DNA from: a virus | Taxonomy: Duplodnaviria > Caudoviricetes | IMG/VR virus record: IMGVR_UViG_3300017778_007387 | Coordinates: 1-29,480 of that record | Direction: 5' to 3' (one strand) | DNA length: 29,480 bases | Part shown: positions 21,649-29,480 of the stretch, piece by piece | Numbering within the stretch: position 1 is the stretch's first letter | Layout: each line of letters begins with the position of its first letter | The notes under the pieces: generated by a model | The model's database searches: none | Seen by the model: only the letters and a program-made list of their open reading frames with translations | What the model was told of the DNA's origin: nothing | Position numbers and translations under genes: made by a program

Positions 21649-23892
21649 ATGCCATTAGCAGTACAATCTTCAGGAATGTGGACGTTGGCACAGCTGTTTC
21701 AGGCTGTGGGGGCTAGTACATGGAAGGGTATTCTAGAAGATTATTTGTGGACCTGGGGAACAAACGGCAATGGGGGGCTGGGTGATAACACCATATTAAG
21801 TAGATCTAGTCCCGTTCAAGTCGATTCTTTACATACTTGGTCACAAATTTCTTCTGGCGGTCACGTAATGGCCATTAAAACCGATGGTACAATATGGAAC
21901 TGGGGTGGTAATACTTACGGTCAACTAGGTAATGAAACCGTAATACTTAGATCCAGCCCTGTACAGGTTGGTATATTAACTACCTGGTCTAAAATTGCTG
22001 CAGGTACCTATCACTCTATGGCCATTAAGACTGATGGTACCATGTGGCTCTGGGGTCGTAATACTTACAGTACTGGCGGTGGTCAGTTGGGTGATAATAC
22101 AATAATAAGTAGATCCAGTCCTATTCAGGTTGGTGCTCTTACCACTTGGTCTTTAATTGCTGCTGGTACCTATCACAGCATAGCCACTAAAACCGATGGT
22201 ACAATGTGGTCTTGGGGGGTGGGGTCTAACGGTGCGCTGGGTGTTAACACTGTATTAAATAGATCCAGTCCTGTACAGATTGGTGCACTAACTACCTGGT
22301 CAAATATTTCTGGTGGTTTACGTCACTCTATGGCTATTAAAACCGATGGGTCGTTGTGGGCCTGGGGTAGAGCTGTTTGCGGTCAGCTGGGTGATAATAC
22401 AAGAGTGTATAGATCCAGTCCTGTTCAAATTGGTACAACTCCAATTGAAGAAACCCTCTGGTCACAAATTGCTGCTGGAGGTCGATACTCCATAGCTACG
22501 GAAACCGATGGTACATTGTGGGGATGGGGACGCAATCAAATCGGTCAGCTGGGTCGTAATTCAGTAGTATACGCAACCAGTCCTGTACAAATTGGCACTC
22601 TATCCACCTGGTCATTGATTGCTACTAGTATTGGTTATACCACCGCGGCTCTTAAAACAGATGGTACGATGTGGAATTGGGGAAGTAATACTAGTGGCCA
22701 ACTGGGTAATAATACAATATTACCTAGATCCAGTCCAGTCCAAGTTGGTGCTTTAACCACCTGGTCCAAGATTGCTAATGGTGAAGAGTTCTCTATGGCC
22801 CTCAAAACCGATGGTACTTTGTGGAACTGGGGTTATAATTTTTACGCTCAGCTGGGTGATAATACAATAATAAATAAATCCAGTCCAATTCAGGTAGGGG
22901 CTTTAACCACCTGGTCTCAGATTGCCCCTGGTCAGCACCACTCTATAGCTCTTAAAACCGATGGTACGATGTGGGCCTGGGGACGTAATCAAATCGGTCA
23001 ACTAGGTGATGGTACAGTAATATCCAGATCTAGTCCCGTGCAGATTGGTGCTCTTACTACTTGGTCATCGATTGCTGGAGGTGGTACGTTTCATTCCATG
23101 GCCATTAAAACCGATGGCACAATGTGGACTTGGGGTGACAATAGTTCTGATGGTAGACTAGGGGATGGTACACAAATAAATAGATCAAGTCCTGTACAGG
23201 TTGGTGCTTTAACCACCTGGTCCAAGATTGCTGGTGGTACGTTTCATTCTATGGCTATTAAGACCGATGGCACAATGTGGGTCTGGGGTAAAAATAGTGA
23301 TGGTCAGCTGGGTAATAATACAGGATCAATAAGTAAATCCAGTCCTGTACAAATAGGATCTTTAACTACCTGGTCCAAAATTGTTGGAACAGAACACACA
23401 TTAGCAATTGAAACTGATGGGGCGTTATATGGCTGGGGACTTAATATTAATGATGCACTGGGTGATGGGTCAGCTGCAAATAGATCCAGCCCAGTTCAAA
23501 TCGGTGCTGGTAATGGTCAGATTGGTTGGTCTAAGGTTGCTGCCAATAGTCAACAAACCTTAGCCATTAAAACCAATGGTACGATGTGGTCGTGGGGTGA
23601 AAATCAGGGAGGCGGTTTTGGTAAATTGGGATTAAATGATACGGTCTATAGATCAAGCCCAGTTCAAGTTGGAGCTCTAACCACCTGGTCTCAGATTGAT
23701 GGGGGATCAGAATGGTGTATGGCTATTAAAACTGATGGTACTTTGTGGGCTTGGGGTTCTAATGGCGCTGGACATCTAGGTGATAACACCATATTAAGTA
23801 GATCCAGCCCGGTCCAGATTGGTACATTAACCACCTGGTCTAAAATTACCGCCGGCGGAGCTACTGTGGGTATCGCATCACTTCCCTCTTAA
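21649..23892 (+). CDS. RCC1/BLIP-II-like 14-repeat (double propeller) protein
   Basis: Fourteen repeats counted. N-terminal SSGMWTLAQ peptide. SD GGAG at 21638-21641. Confidence 0.9.
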   Translation: MPLAVQSSGMWTLAQLFQAVGASTWKGILEDYLWTWGTNGNGGLGDNTILSRSSPVQVDSLHTWSQISSGGHVMAIKTDGTIWNWGGNTYGQLGNETVILRSSPVQVGILTTWSKIAAGTYHSMAIKTDGTMWLWGRNTYSTGGGQLGDNTIISRSSPIQVGALTTWSLIAAGTYHSIATKTDGTMWSWGVGSNGALGVNTVLNRSSPVQIGALTTWSNISGGLRHSMAIKTDGSLWAWGRAVCGQLGDNTRVYRSSPVQIGTTPIEETLWSQIAAGGRYSIATETDGTLWGWGRNQIGQLGRNSVVYATSPVQIGTLSTWSLIATSIGYTTAALKTDGTMWNWGSNTSGQLGNNTILPRSSPVQVGALTTWSKIANGEEFSMALKTDGTLWNWGYNFYAQLGDNTIINKSSPIQVGALTTWSQIAPGQHHSIALKTDGTMWAWGRNQIGQLGDGTVISRSSPVQIGALTTWSSIAGGGTFHSMAIKTDGTMWTWGDNSSDGRLGDGTQINRSSPVQVGALTTWSKIAGGTFHSMAIKTDGTMWVWGKNSDGQLGNNTGSISKSSPVQIGSLTTWSKIVGTEHTLAIETDGALYGWGLNINDALGDGSAANRSSPVQIGAGNGQIGWSKVAANSQQTLAIKTNGTMWSWGENQGGGFGKLGLNDTVYRSSPVQVGALTTWSQIDGGSEWCMAIKTDGTLWAWGSNGAGHLGDNTILSRSSPVQIGTLTTWSKITAGGATVGIASLPS

Positions 23893-23899
23893 TTAACTA

Positions 23900-23928
23900 T
23901 TGATTTTTACCTCAAAATAGGTTATAAT
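23900..23928 (+). promoter_or_regulatory. sigma70-like promoter TTGATT-N17-TATAAT upstream of the sulfotransferase fusion gene
   Basis: TTGATT at 23900-23905, a 17-bp spacer, and a perfect TATAAT at 23923-23928, all within the intergenic gap. The region is AT-rich, so a chance match is possible. Confidence 0.65.
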
Positions 23929-23961
23929 TATTTTTTTATTCACTCTTTTACTATATAAATC

Positions 23962-25725
23962 ATGAAAAGTATTTACTTCCTGGCAGGTCTTCCTCGGTCT
24001 GGTTCCACCGTTCTGGCAGCTATTCTTAATCAACACCCATCTGTTCATGCCACGTCTACCTCTGGGTTACTAGATATTCTGGTGGGTACACTTACTGCCT
24101 GGAATAACAGTCAGACGGTGAGAGCATCCATGGATAAGGCAGCCAATGAAGATGAAATCAAGCGTATTCTACGTAATATTTGCGAAGAAAAATATGCCAC
24201 TATTGATAAACCTGTTATTCTAGATAAAGCCAGGGGTTGGTCATCCAGTATCAATATCCCTACTATGGCAAATGTTCTTGGTCATAAACCTAAAATTGTA
24301 GCCACCGTTCGTAATATTCCAGATTGTGTGGCATCATTTGTTAGAATTGCCAAGCCTGAAGACAAATATCAATTTCTTCGTGATTCAGATCTTGTAGGCC
24401 ATGTTAAGGAGTCCTATCAGTCTCTAGAATCCGGGTATCATTTTGCACCAGAATGTATTCTATTTGTAGACTATGATGACTTGATGCGTGATCCTGCAAC
24501 TCAATTAAAACGCGTACATAAGTTTTTAGATCTACCCGATCATGAGTATGATTTTGATACCCTGGATGGTGCTAATCTCAAGGAGCGAGATGAAGAGGTT
24601 TGGTCTGTTAAGGGTCTTCATGATATTAAACCTAAGTTGGGGTATCAGCATTATGAGGATCCAAAAGACGTATTGGGTCATATGTATGATCAATACCTGC
24701 AACCAAGATTCTGGCTCAACGAACAAACTACCTCCAGACCCATACATAAACTAGATCTACAGCTTACCGCCAGTCTAATGGGCAATTTTAAAGAAGGTTG
24801 GAGGCTGGCTCAGGAGATCGAGGCTGATGAGCCCTGGAATCATCGTGCAGCATTCAATCGTGGCTGGTATAAGTTACAACAGGGTAAGCTTCTAGAGGGC
24901 GAGCAGCTATTATTCCGCGGTCGTATTGAAAAAGTATTCGGCAACCCTATACCCCGGGTACCTACTCAAATGTGGGATGGTGTATCTAAGGGTACTGTAC
25001 TTTTAAATCTTGAAGGGGGACTGGGTGATCAGATCCATGGAGCCCGTTATGCCAGATACATAACCGATAAAGGGTGTGAGGTAATAATTGCATGTTCTGG
25101 TGAAATAGCTACTCTGTTAAGAGGTATTAAAGGGGTGGTGGCGGTGGTGCAGCATGATGCTGTTTTTGGGGTGGTGCATGATTACTGGACCCCATCTATG
25201 TCCACTGTTATGCCCCTGGGACTAGAATATTCTGATGTAGACGGCTCTGCCTATATAAATAAACCAGAGGTTAAACAACATCAGGGTTTGAGAATAGGAT
25301 TAAGGTGGCAGGGTAATCCAGCTTTTGAGCATGAGCAGCATAGAATCTTTCCACCTAATCTAATGTTCGATGCATTGAAGGATCTAGATGCAGAGTTTAT
25401 TTCTTTGCAGCGAGATAAAGGAGCGGAATTTTGTCCCAGCTGGGTCAAGCAGGTTCCATTGGATGCTTGGGAAGATACGAAGGCGGCAATTGCATCATGT
25501 GATTTGGTAGTTAGTTCATGCACATCAGTTGCACACTTATCAGGTGCTATGGGTGTACCAACATGGATTATGGTACCGATTCTACCATATTATTTGTGGG
25601 CTAGGGAGGGTGATACCACACCTTGGTATGATAATGTACGATTATTCAGGCAGGAAGAATTTGGTGATTGGTCTGGTGCTTTTAAGAAGCTTAATTTAAA
25701 ACTCGCAGAAATGCAAACTAAGTAA
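23962..25725 (+). CDS. Sulfotransferase - TPR-like - glycosyltransferase (GT9-like, GT-B) fusion protein
   Basis: N-terminal PAPS-loop GLPRSGST, plus ILDKARGW, VRNIPDCVASF and VDYDDLMRDP. Helical segment PWNHRAAFNRGWYKLQQGKLLEG. C-terminal EGGLGDQI, IGLRWQGNP, DLVVSSCTSVAHLSGAMGVPTW and TPWYDNVRLFRQEEFGDW. Confidence 0.85.
   Translation: MKSIYFLAGLPRSGSTVLAAILNQHPSVHATSTSGLLDILVGTLTAWNNSQTVRASMDKAANEDEIKRILRNICEEKYATIDKPVILDKARGWSSSINIPTMANVLGHKPKIVATVRNIPDCVASFVRIAKPEDKYQFLRDSDLVGHVKESYQSLESGYHFAPECILFVDYDDLMRDPATQLKRVHKFLDLPDHEYDFDTLDGANLKERDEEVWSVKGLHDIKPKLGYQHYEDPKDVLGHMYDQYLQPRFWLNEQTTSRPIHKLDLQLTASLMGNFKEGWRLAQEIEADEPWNHRAAFNRGWYKLQQGKLLEGEQLLFRGRIEKVFGNPIPRVPTQMWDGVSKGTVLLNLEGGLGDQIHGARYARYITDKGCEVIIACSGEIATLLRGIKGVVAVVQHDAVFGVVHDYWTPSMSTVMPLGLEYSDVDGSAYINKPEVKQHQGLRIGLRWQGNPAFEHEQHRIFPPNLMFDALKDLDAEFISLQRDKGAEFCPSWVKQVPLDAWEDTKAAIASCDLVVSSCTSVAHLSGAMGVPTWIMVPILPYYLWAREGDTTPWYDNVRLFRQEEFGDWSGAFKKLNLKLAEMQTK
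25254..25261 (+). promoter_or_regulatory. Possible intragenic late promoter TATAAATA
   Basis: Exact consensus inside the enzyme gene, ~480 nt upstream of ORF 25741. Could be chance. Confidence 0.35.
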
Positions 25726-25740
25726 GTATAGGAGAAAAAT

Positions 25741-26175
25741 ATGGTAACAAGAACAACGGGATTTTGGATTCGTGAACAAAGCGGTGCTGTGACCGATTGC
25801 TGGGATGTAAAGCCCAATGATACAAAAATAGCCACCGAACCAGGATGGCGTGCAGCGGAGGAGGTTAAGCCCGATGTAACCCCTAATCGTGAATACATTA
25901 CCACCCATTCATTTGATCTGACTGTGACACCGGCAGAAATTGTCTGGGCAAAAACCTCACTGACAGTGGAAGATCGTCGCGGTGGGTTGCTGGGTGGTGC
26001 CAAGGGTAAGCTACAGCAGGTGGTGCAAGAGCAACTTCGCCTAGAAATGAGTGCTGATCCTGCTGAAGAATTTGATCCTGCCGCCGTTACAGCGGTAAAG
26101 GCTGAGATTGCAACACGTGTGGCAGCTATTAACGCCGCTGTAACCCATGAAGATCTAGACGCATTAATGGAATAA
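25741..26175 (+). CDS. Hypothetical protein, possibly a tail-fibre assembly/chaperone-like protein
   Basis: Strong SD AGGAG. The helical C-terminus AAINAAVTHEDLDAL resembles tail-fibre assembly proteins. Directly precedes the largest RCC1 gene. Confidence 0.5.
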   Translation: MVTRTTGFWIREQSGAVTDCWDVKPNDTKIATEPGWRAAEEVKPDVTPNREYITTHSFDLTVTPAEIVWAKTSLTVEDRRGGLLGGAKGKLQQVVQEQLRLEMSADPAEEFDPAAVTAVKAEIATRVAAINAAVTHEDLDALME

Positions 26176-26176
26176 T

Positions 26177-29100
26177 ATGGCAGGAGCATTTCCCGGCGGG
26201 GTTATAACCAAGAGTCCCACTGCAACGGTGGGACCGACTAATACTGAGTTTGGGTCGGAGGGCGGATCGGCGTCGGGAATGTGGACACTGGATCAGGCTC
26301 TATCATTAAAATCAGCCGGATTATGGCCATTAAAGACTTTAGAAAAGTATTTGTGGGCTTGGGGAACAGGTTCTACTAATGGACAGTTGGGTGATAATAC
26401 AGTAATAGATAAATCCAGTCCTATACAGGTTGGTGCTCTAACCCCCTGGTCTAATATTGCTGGGGGAAGTCAACACTCTATGGCTATTAAACCCGATGGT
26501 ACCATGTGGACTTGGGGTCAAAATACTAATGGCCAGCTGGGTGTTAATACAATAACAAATAGATCCAGTCCTGTACAGGTAGGCTTATTAGGCACCTGGT
26601 CTAAGATTACTAGTGGCGATAGTCATAGTATAGCTATTAAGACAGATGGTACTATGTGGATCTGGGGAAGCAATGAGCATGGTCAGATAGGTAATAATAC
26701 AATAGTACCTAGATCAAGCCCTGTACAAATTGGTGCTTTAACTACCTGGTCGTCAGTTGCTGCTGGCCAGGTGCACTCTATTGCCCTTAAAACCAATGGT
26801 ACAATGTGGTCCTGGGGAAATAATGCTAATGGTCAGCTAGGTGATAATACAATAGCAAAAAAATCAAGCCCCATACAGATTGGTGCATTAACCACCTGGT
26901 CTCAGATTGATGCTGGTGGTACTTTTACTATAGCCATAAAAACCGATGGTACAATGTGGGCATGGGGTATAAACACTAATGGTTCCGTGGGTGATGGTAC
27001 AATATTAAATAGATCAAGCCCAGTTCAGATTGGTGCTTTAACCACCTGGTCACAGATTGCTGGTGGTACTGCTCATTCTATGGCCGTTAAAACAGATGGT
27101 ACCATGTGGGCCTGGGGAAATAATGATGGCCGGTTAGGTGATGATGCAATACTAAGAAGATCCAGTCCCATACAAGTAGGTACATTAACTACCTGGTCTC
27201 AGATTGATGCTGGTACTCATTCTATTGCTACTAAAACAGATGGTACTATGTGGGCTTGGGGTGAAAATGCTGACGGTGTGTTAGGTGATAATACTGTAAT
27301 AGCTAGATCCAGTCCTGTCCAGATAGGTACATTAAGTACTTGGTCTTTAATTGCTGCTGGTACTGGACACAATATGGCTATTGAAACTGATGGTGCACTG
27401 TACACCTTTGGGGCTAATAGTGATGGTAAACTAGGTGATAATACAATAATATACAGATCTAGTCCTGTACAGATTAACTATACACCCGGAGCAGGAGATG
27501 CTAATTGGTCTCAGCTTGCTGCAGGCTTTGCTGAACACGTCTTGGCAATTAAAACTGATGGTACAATGTGGTCCTGGGGTAGAAATAGTACTGATGGTAG
27601 ACTAGGTCATAATGACAGAATATCTAAGTCCAGCCCCGTTCAAATTGGTGCATTAACCACCTGGTCCAAGATTGCTGCTGCTTCTTATCACTCCGCCGCT
27701 CTTAAAACTGATGGTACAATGTGGCTCTGGGGGCAAAATGAGTATGGGGCATTAGGTGATAATACAATAATAGATAGATCCAGCCCCGTCCAAATTGGTG
27801 CATTAACCACCTGGTCCAAGATTGCTGTAAATGAACAGCATAGTGCTGCTATTAAAACAGATGGTACTTTATGGACATGGGGTAAAAGTGATACCATAGG
27901 GTTTTTTTATGGTACCCTGGGTGATAATGCAGCAATACAAAGATCTAGCCCCGTACAGATTGGTGCAGGAACCACCTGGGATCAGATTGCTGCAGGTCAA
28001 CAATATAACATGGCCCTTAAAACTGATGGAACGATGTGGGCCTGGGGACGTAATGATTATGGACAACTGGGAAATAACACGGAAATAAATAGATCAAGCC
28101 CTGTTCAAATTGGTATATTAACTACATGGTCAAAGATTGCTGTTGGCCAGCGTCACACCTTAGCTATTAAAACCGATGGTACGTTGTGGGCCTGGGGCAG
28201 TAGCACCGCATTAGGTGATAATACAATAATAGCTAAATCTAGCCCCATACAGATTGGTGCATTAACCACCTGGTCAAAAATTTCTGGAGGTGATTTTCAC
28301 TCTTTAGCCATTAAAACAGACGGTTCTTTATGGACCTGGGGTAGTAATAATACTGGCATGCTGGGAGATATTACAGTAATAAGTAAATCTAGTCCTGTTC
28401 AGATAGGGGCTGAGGTATATGGTTGGTCATTAAGTAGTGCGGGCACTTCTCATTCCTTAGCCATTAGAGCAGATGGTACGTTGTGGGCTTTTGGGTATAA
28501 CACCGGAGTTTTCGGTGCTGGACAGTTGGGTGATAATACTGTAATAGCTAGATCCAGTCCTGTGCAGATAGGTCCATTAACTACCTGGTCAAAGATCTCT
28601 GGTGGTTGGGGACACAGTGTTGCTCTTAAAACCGATGGTACAATGTGGGCTTGGGGAGATGGTGATACTGGCAGTCTGGGAAATAATGCAGTATTAGAAA
28701 GATCTAGTCCTGTGCAGGTTGGTGCACTAACCACCTGGTCTCAGGTTTCTGCTGGTAATGGTTACTCCATGGCCATTAAAACCGATGGTACAATGTGGTC
28801 TTGGGGGCAAAATAATTATGGACAACTGGGGGTTAGCACAATAACAAATAGATCCAGCCCTGTACAGATTGGTGCTTTAACCACATGGTCACAAATTAGT
28901 GTTAGTAACAGTTCCATGGCGATTAAAACTGACGGTACGATGTGGTCCTGGGGAAATAATGTTGATGGTCAACTAGGTGGTAATACTGTAATAAATAGAT
29001 CCAGCCCTGTACAGGTAGGCGCTTTAACCACCTGGTCAAAAATTAGTGTTGGTGAAATACACTCTGTGGCTATTAAAACTGACGGCACTATGTGGGCGTG

Positions 29101-29480
29101 GGGGGGTAATACTCAAGGGCAAATAGGTGATAATACAGTAATAAGAAGATCTAGTCCTGTGCAGGTTGGTGCATTAACTACCTGGTCACAAATTAGTGTT
29201 AGTGAAACACACTCTAAAGCCATTAAAACTGACGGTACGATGTGGTCCTGGGGGCTAAATAATAGTGGCCAGCTGGGGGATAGCACAGATATAAATAGAT
29301 CCAGCCCCATACAAGTAGGCGCCTTAAATACCTGGTCACAAATTGATAATGGTGAAACCCACTCTATGGCCATTAAAACAGATGGTACGATGTGGACCTG
29401 GGGAGTTAATCTTCATGGTCGGCTGGGTGATGATACGGCAATATTTAAAAGCAGCCCAGTACAGATTGGATTAACTCCTT
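26177..29480 (+). CDS. RCC1/BLIP-II-like multi-propeller protein, at least 1101 aa and 21 repeats, 3'-truncated by the window (absent from the ORF track)
   Basis: Hand translation from ATG 26177 (MAGAFPGGVITKSPT...SASGMWTLDQALSLKSAGLWP...YLWAWG) stays open to the window end (...[11 protein letters not shown]). Confidence 0.9.
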   Translation, partial: MAGAFPGGVITKSPTATVGPTNTEFGSEGGSASGMWTLDQALSLKSAGLWPLKTLEKYLWAWGTGSTNGQLGDNTVIDKSSPIQVGALTPWSNIAGGSQHSMAIKPDGTMWTWGQNTNGQLGVNTITNRSSPVQVGLLGTWSKITSGDSHSIAIKTDGTMWIWGSNEHGQIGNNTIVPRSSPVQIGALTTWSSVAAGQVHSIALKTNGTMWSWGNNANGQLGDNTIAKKSSPIQIGALTTWSQIDAGGTFTIAIKTDGTMWAWGINTNGSVGDGTILNRSSPVQIGALTTWSQIAGGTAHSMAVKTDGTMWAWGNNDGRLGDDAILRRSSPIQVGTLTTWSQIDAGTHSIATKTDGTMWAWGENADGVLGDNTVIARSSPVQIGTLSTWSLIAAGTGHNMAIETDGALYTFGANSDGKLGDNTIIYRSSPVQINYTPGAGDANWSQLAAGFAEHVLAIKTDGTMWSWGRNSTDGRLGHNDRISKSSPVQIGALTTWSKIAAASYHSAALKTDGTMWLWGQNEYGALGDNTIIDRSSPVQIGALTTWSKIAVNEQHSAAIKTDGTLWTWGKSDTIGFFYGTLGDNAAIQRSSPVQIGAGTTWDQIAAGQQYNMALKTDGTMWAWGRNDYGQLGNNTEINRSSPVQIGILTTWSKIAVGQRHTLAIKTDGTLWAWGSSTALGDNTIIAKSSPIQIGALTTWSKISGGDFHSLAIKTDGSLWTWGSNNTGMLGDITVISKSSPVQIGAEVYGWSLSSAGTSHSLAIRADGTLWAFGYNTGVFGAGQLGDNTVIARSSPVQIGPLTTWSKISGGWGHSVALKTDGTMWAWGDGDTGSLGNNAVLERSSPVQVGALTTWSQVSAGNGYSMAIKTDGTMWSWGQNNYGQLGVSTITNRSSPVQIGALTTWSQISVSNSSMAIKTDGTMWSWGNNVDGQLGGNTVINRSSPVQVGALTTWSKISVGEIHSVAIKTDGTMWAWGGNTQGQIGDNTVIRRSSPVQVGALTTWSQISVSETHSKAIKTDGTMWSWGLNNSGQLGDSTDINRSSPIQVGALNTWSQIDNGETHSMAIKTDGTMWTWGVNLHGRLGDDTAIFKSSPVQIGLTP

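Noticed and set aside
20479-23892. Eukaryotic or giant-virus origin suggested by RCC1 repeats
   Set aside because: The genes have SD sites, share an operon and T4-type late promoters with T4-like baseplate genes, and RCC1-like repeats also occur in bacteria and phages.
23954-23961. TATAAATC as a late promoter for the enzyme gene
   Set aside because: It is imperfect and abuts the ATG, so the transcript would start inside the ORF.
29290-29297. TATAAATA and many ATAAATA matches inside the RCC1 repeats
   Set aside because: They are explained by the Ile-Asn-Arg codons ATA AAT AGA of the repeat.
17186-29373. Minus-strand ORFs such as 17186..17821, 25590..26189 and 27217..29373
   Set aside because: They are antisense shadows of repetitive + strand genes with no independent motifs. 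The same applies to the minus-strand ORFs in the baseplate region.
18356-29480. Diversity-generating retroelement acting on the propeller loops
   Set aside because: No reverse transcriptase, no non-coding template repeat and no adenine-specific mismatch pair was seen, and the loops also vary by indels. A trans-acting DGR outside the window cannot be excluded.

Overview
This window is the late structural region of a large T4-like myovirus. Every supported gene is on the + strand and several are translationally coupled. Gene order: gp5 baseplate hub/spike (5'-truncated, with a C-terminal M15 zinc peptidase), a hypothetical gene, PAAR, gp25, gp6, gp7, a 149-aa structural protein, an expanded gp8, and a 2132-aa DUF4815/VrlC-like virion protein carrying a perfect (CCTGCT)12 Pro-Ala stalk. 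A receptor-binding or appendage cluster follows. It holds short fibres ending in hydrophobic tags, each followed by a 110-122 aa adaptor-like gene, two MAY(L/I)GQxP fibres, and four RCC1-like beta-propeller genes with 7, 7, 14 and at least 21 repeats. The last of these (26177 to the window end) is missing from the ORF track. The propeller repeats share a nearly fixed framework with variable loops and have near-identical DNA patches within and between genes. A sulfotransferase-TPR-glycosyltransferase fusion with its own sigma70-like promoter sits inside the cluster. The best candidate for an undescribed system is a branched, mix-and-match propeller adhesin repertoire with an embedded glycosylation/sulfation enzyme. 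All family assignments come from motif recognition by eye; no database search was run.
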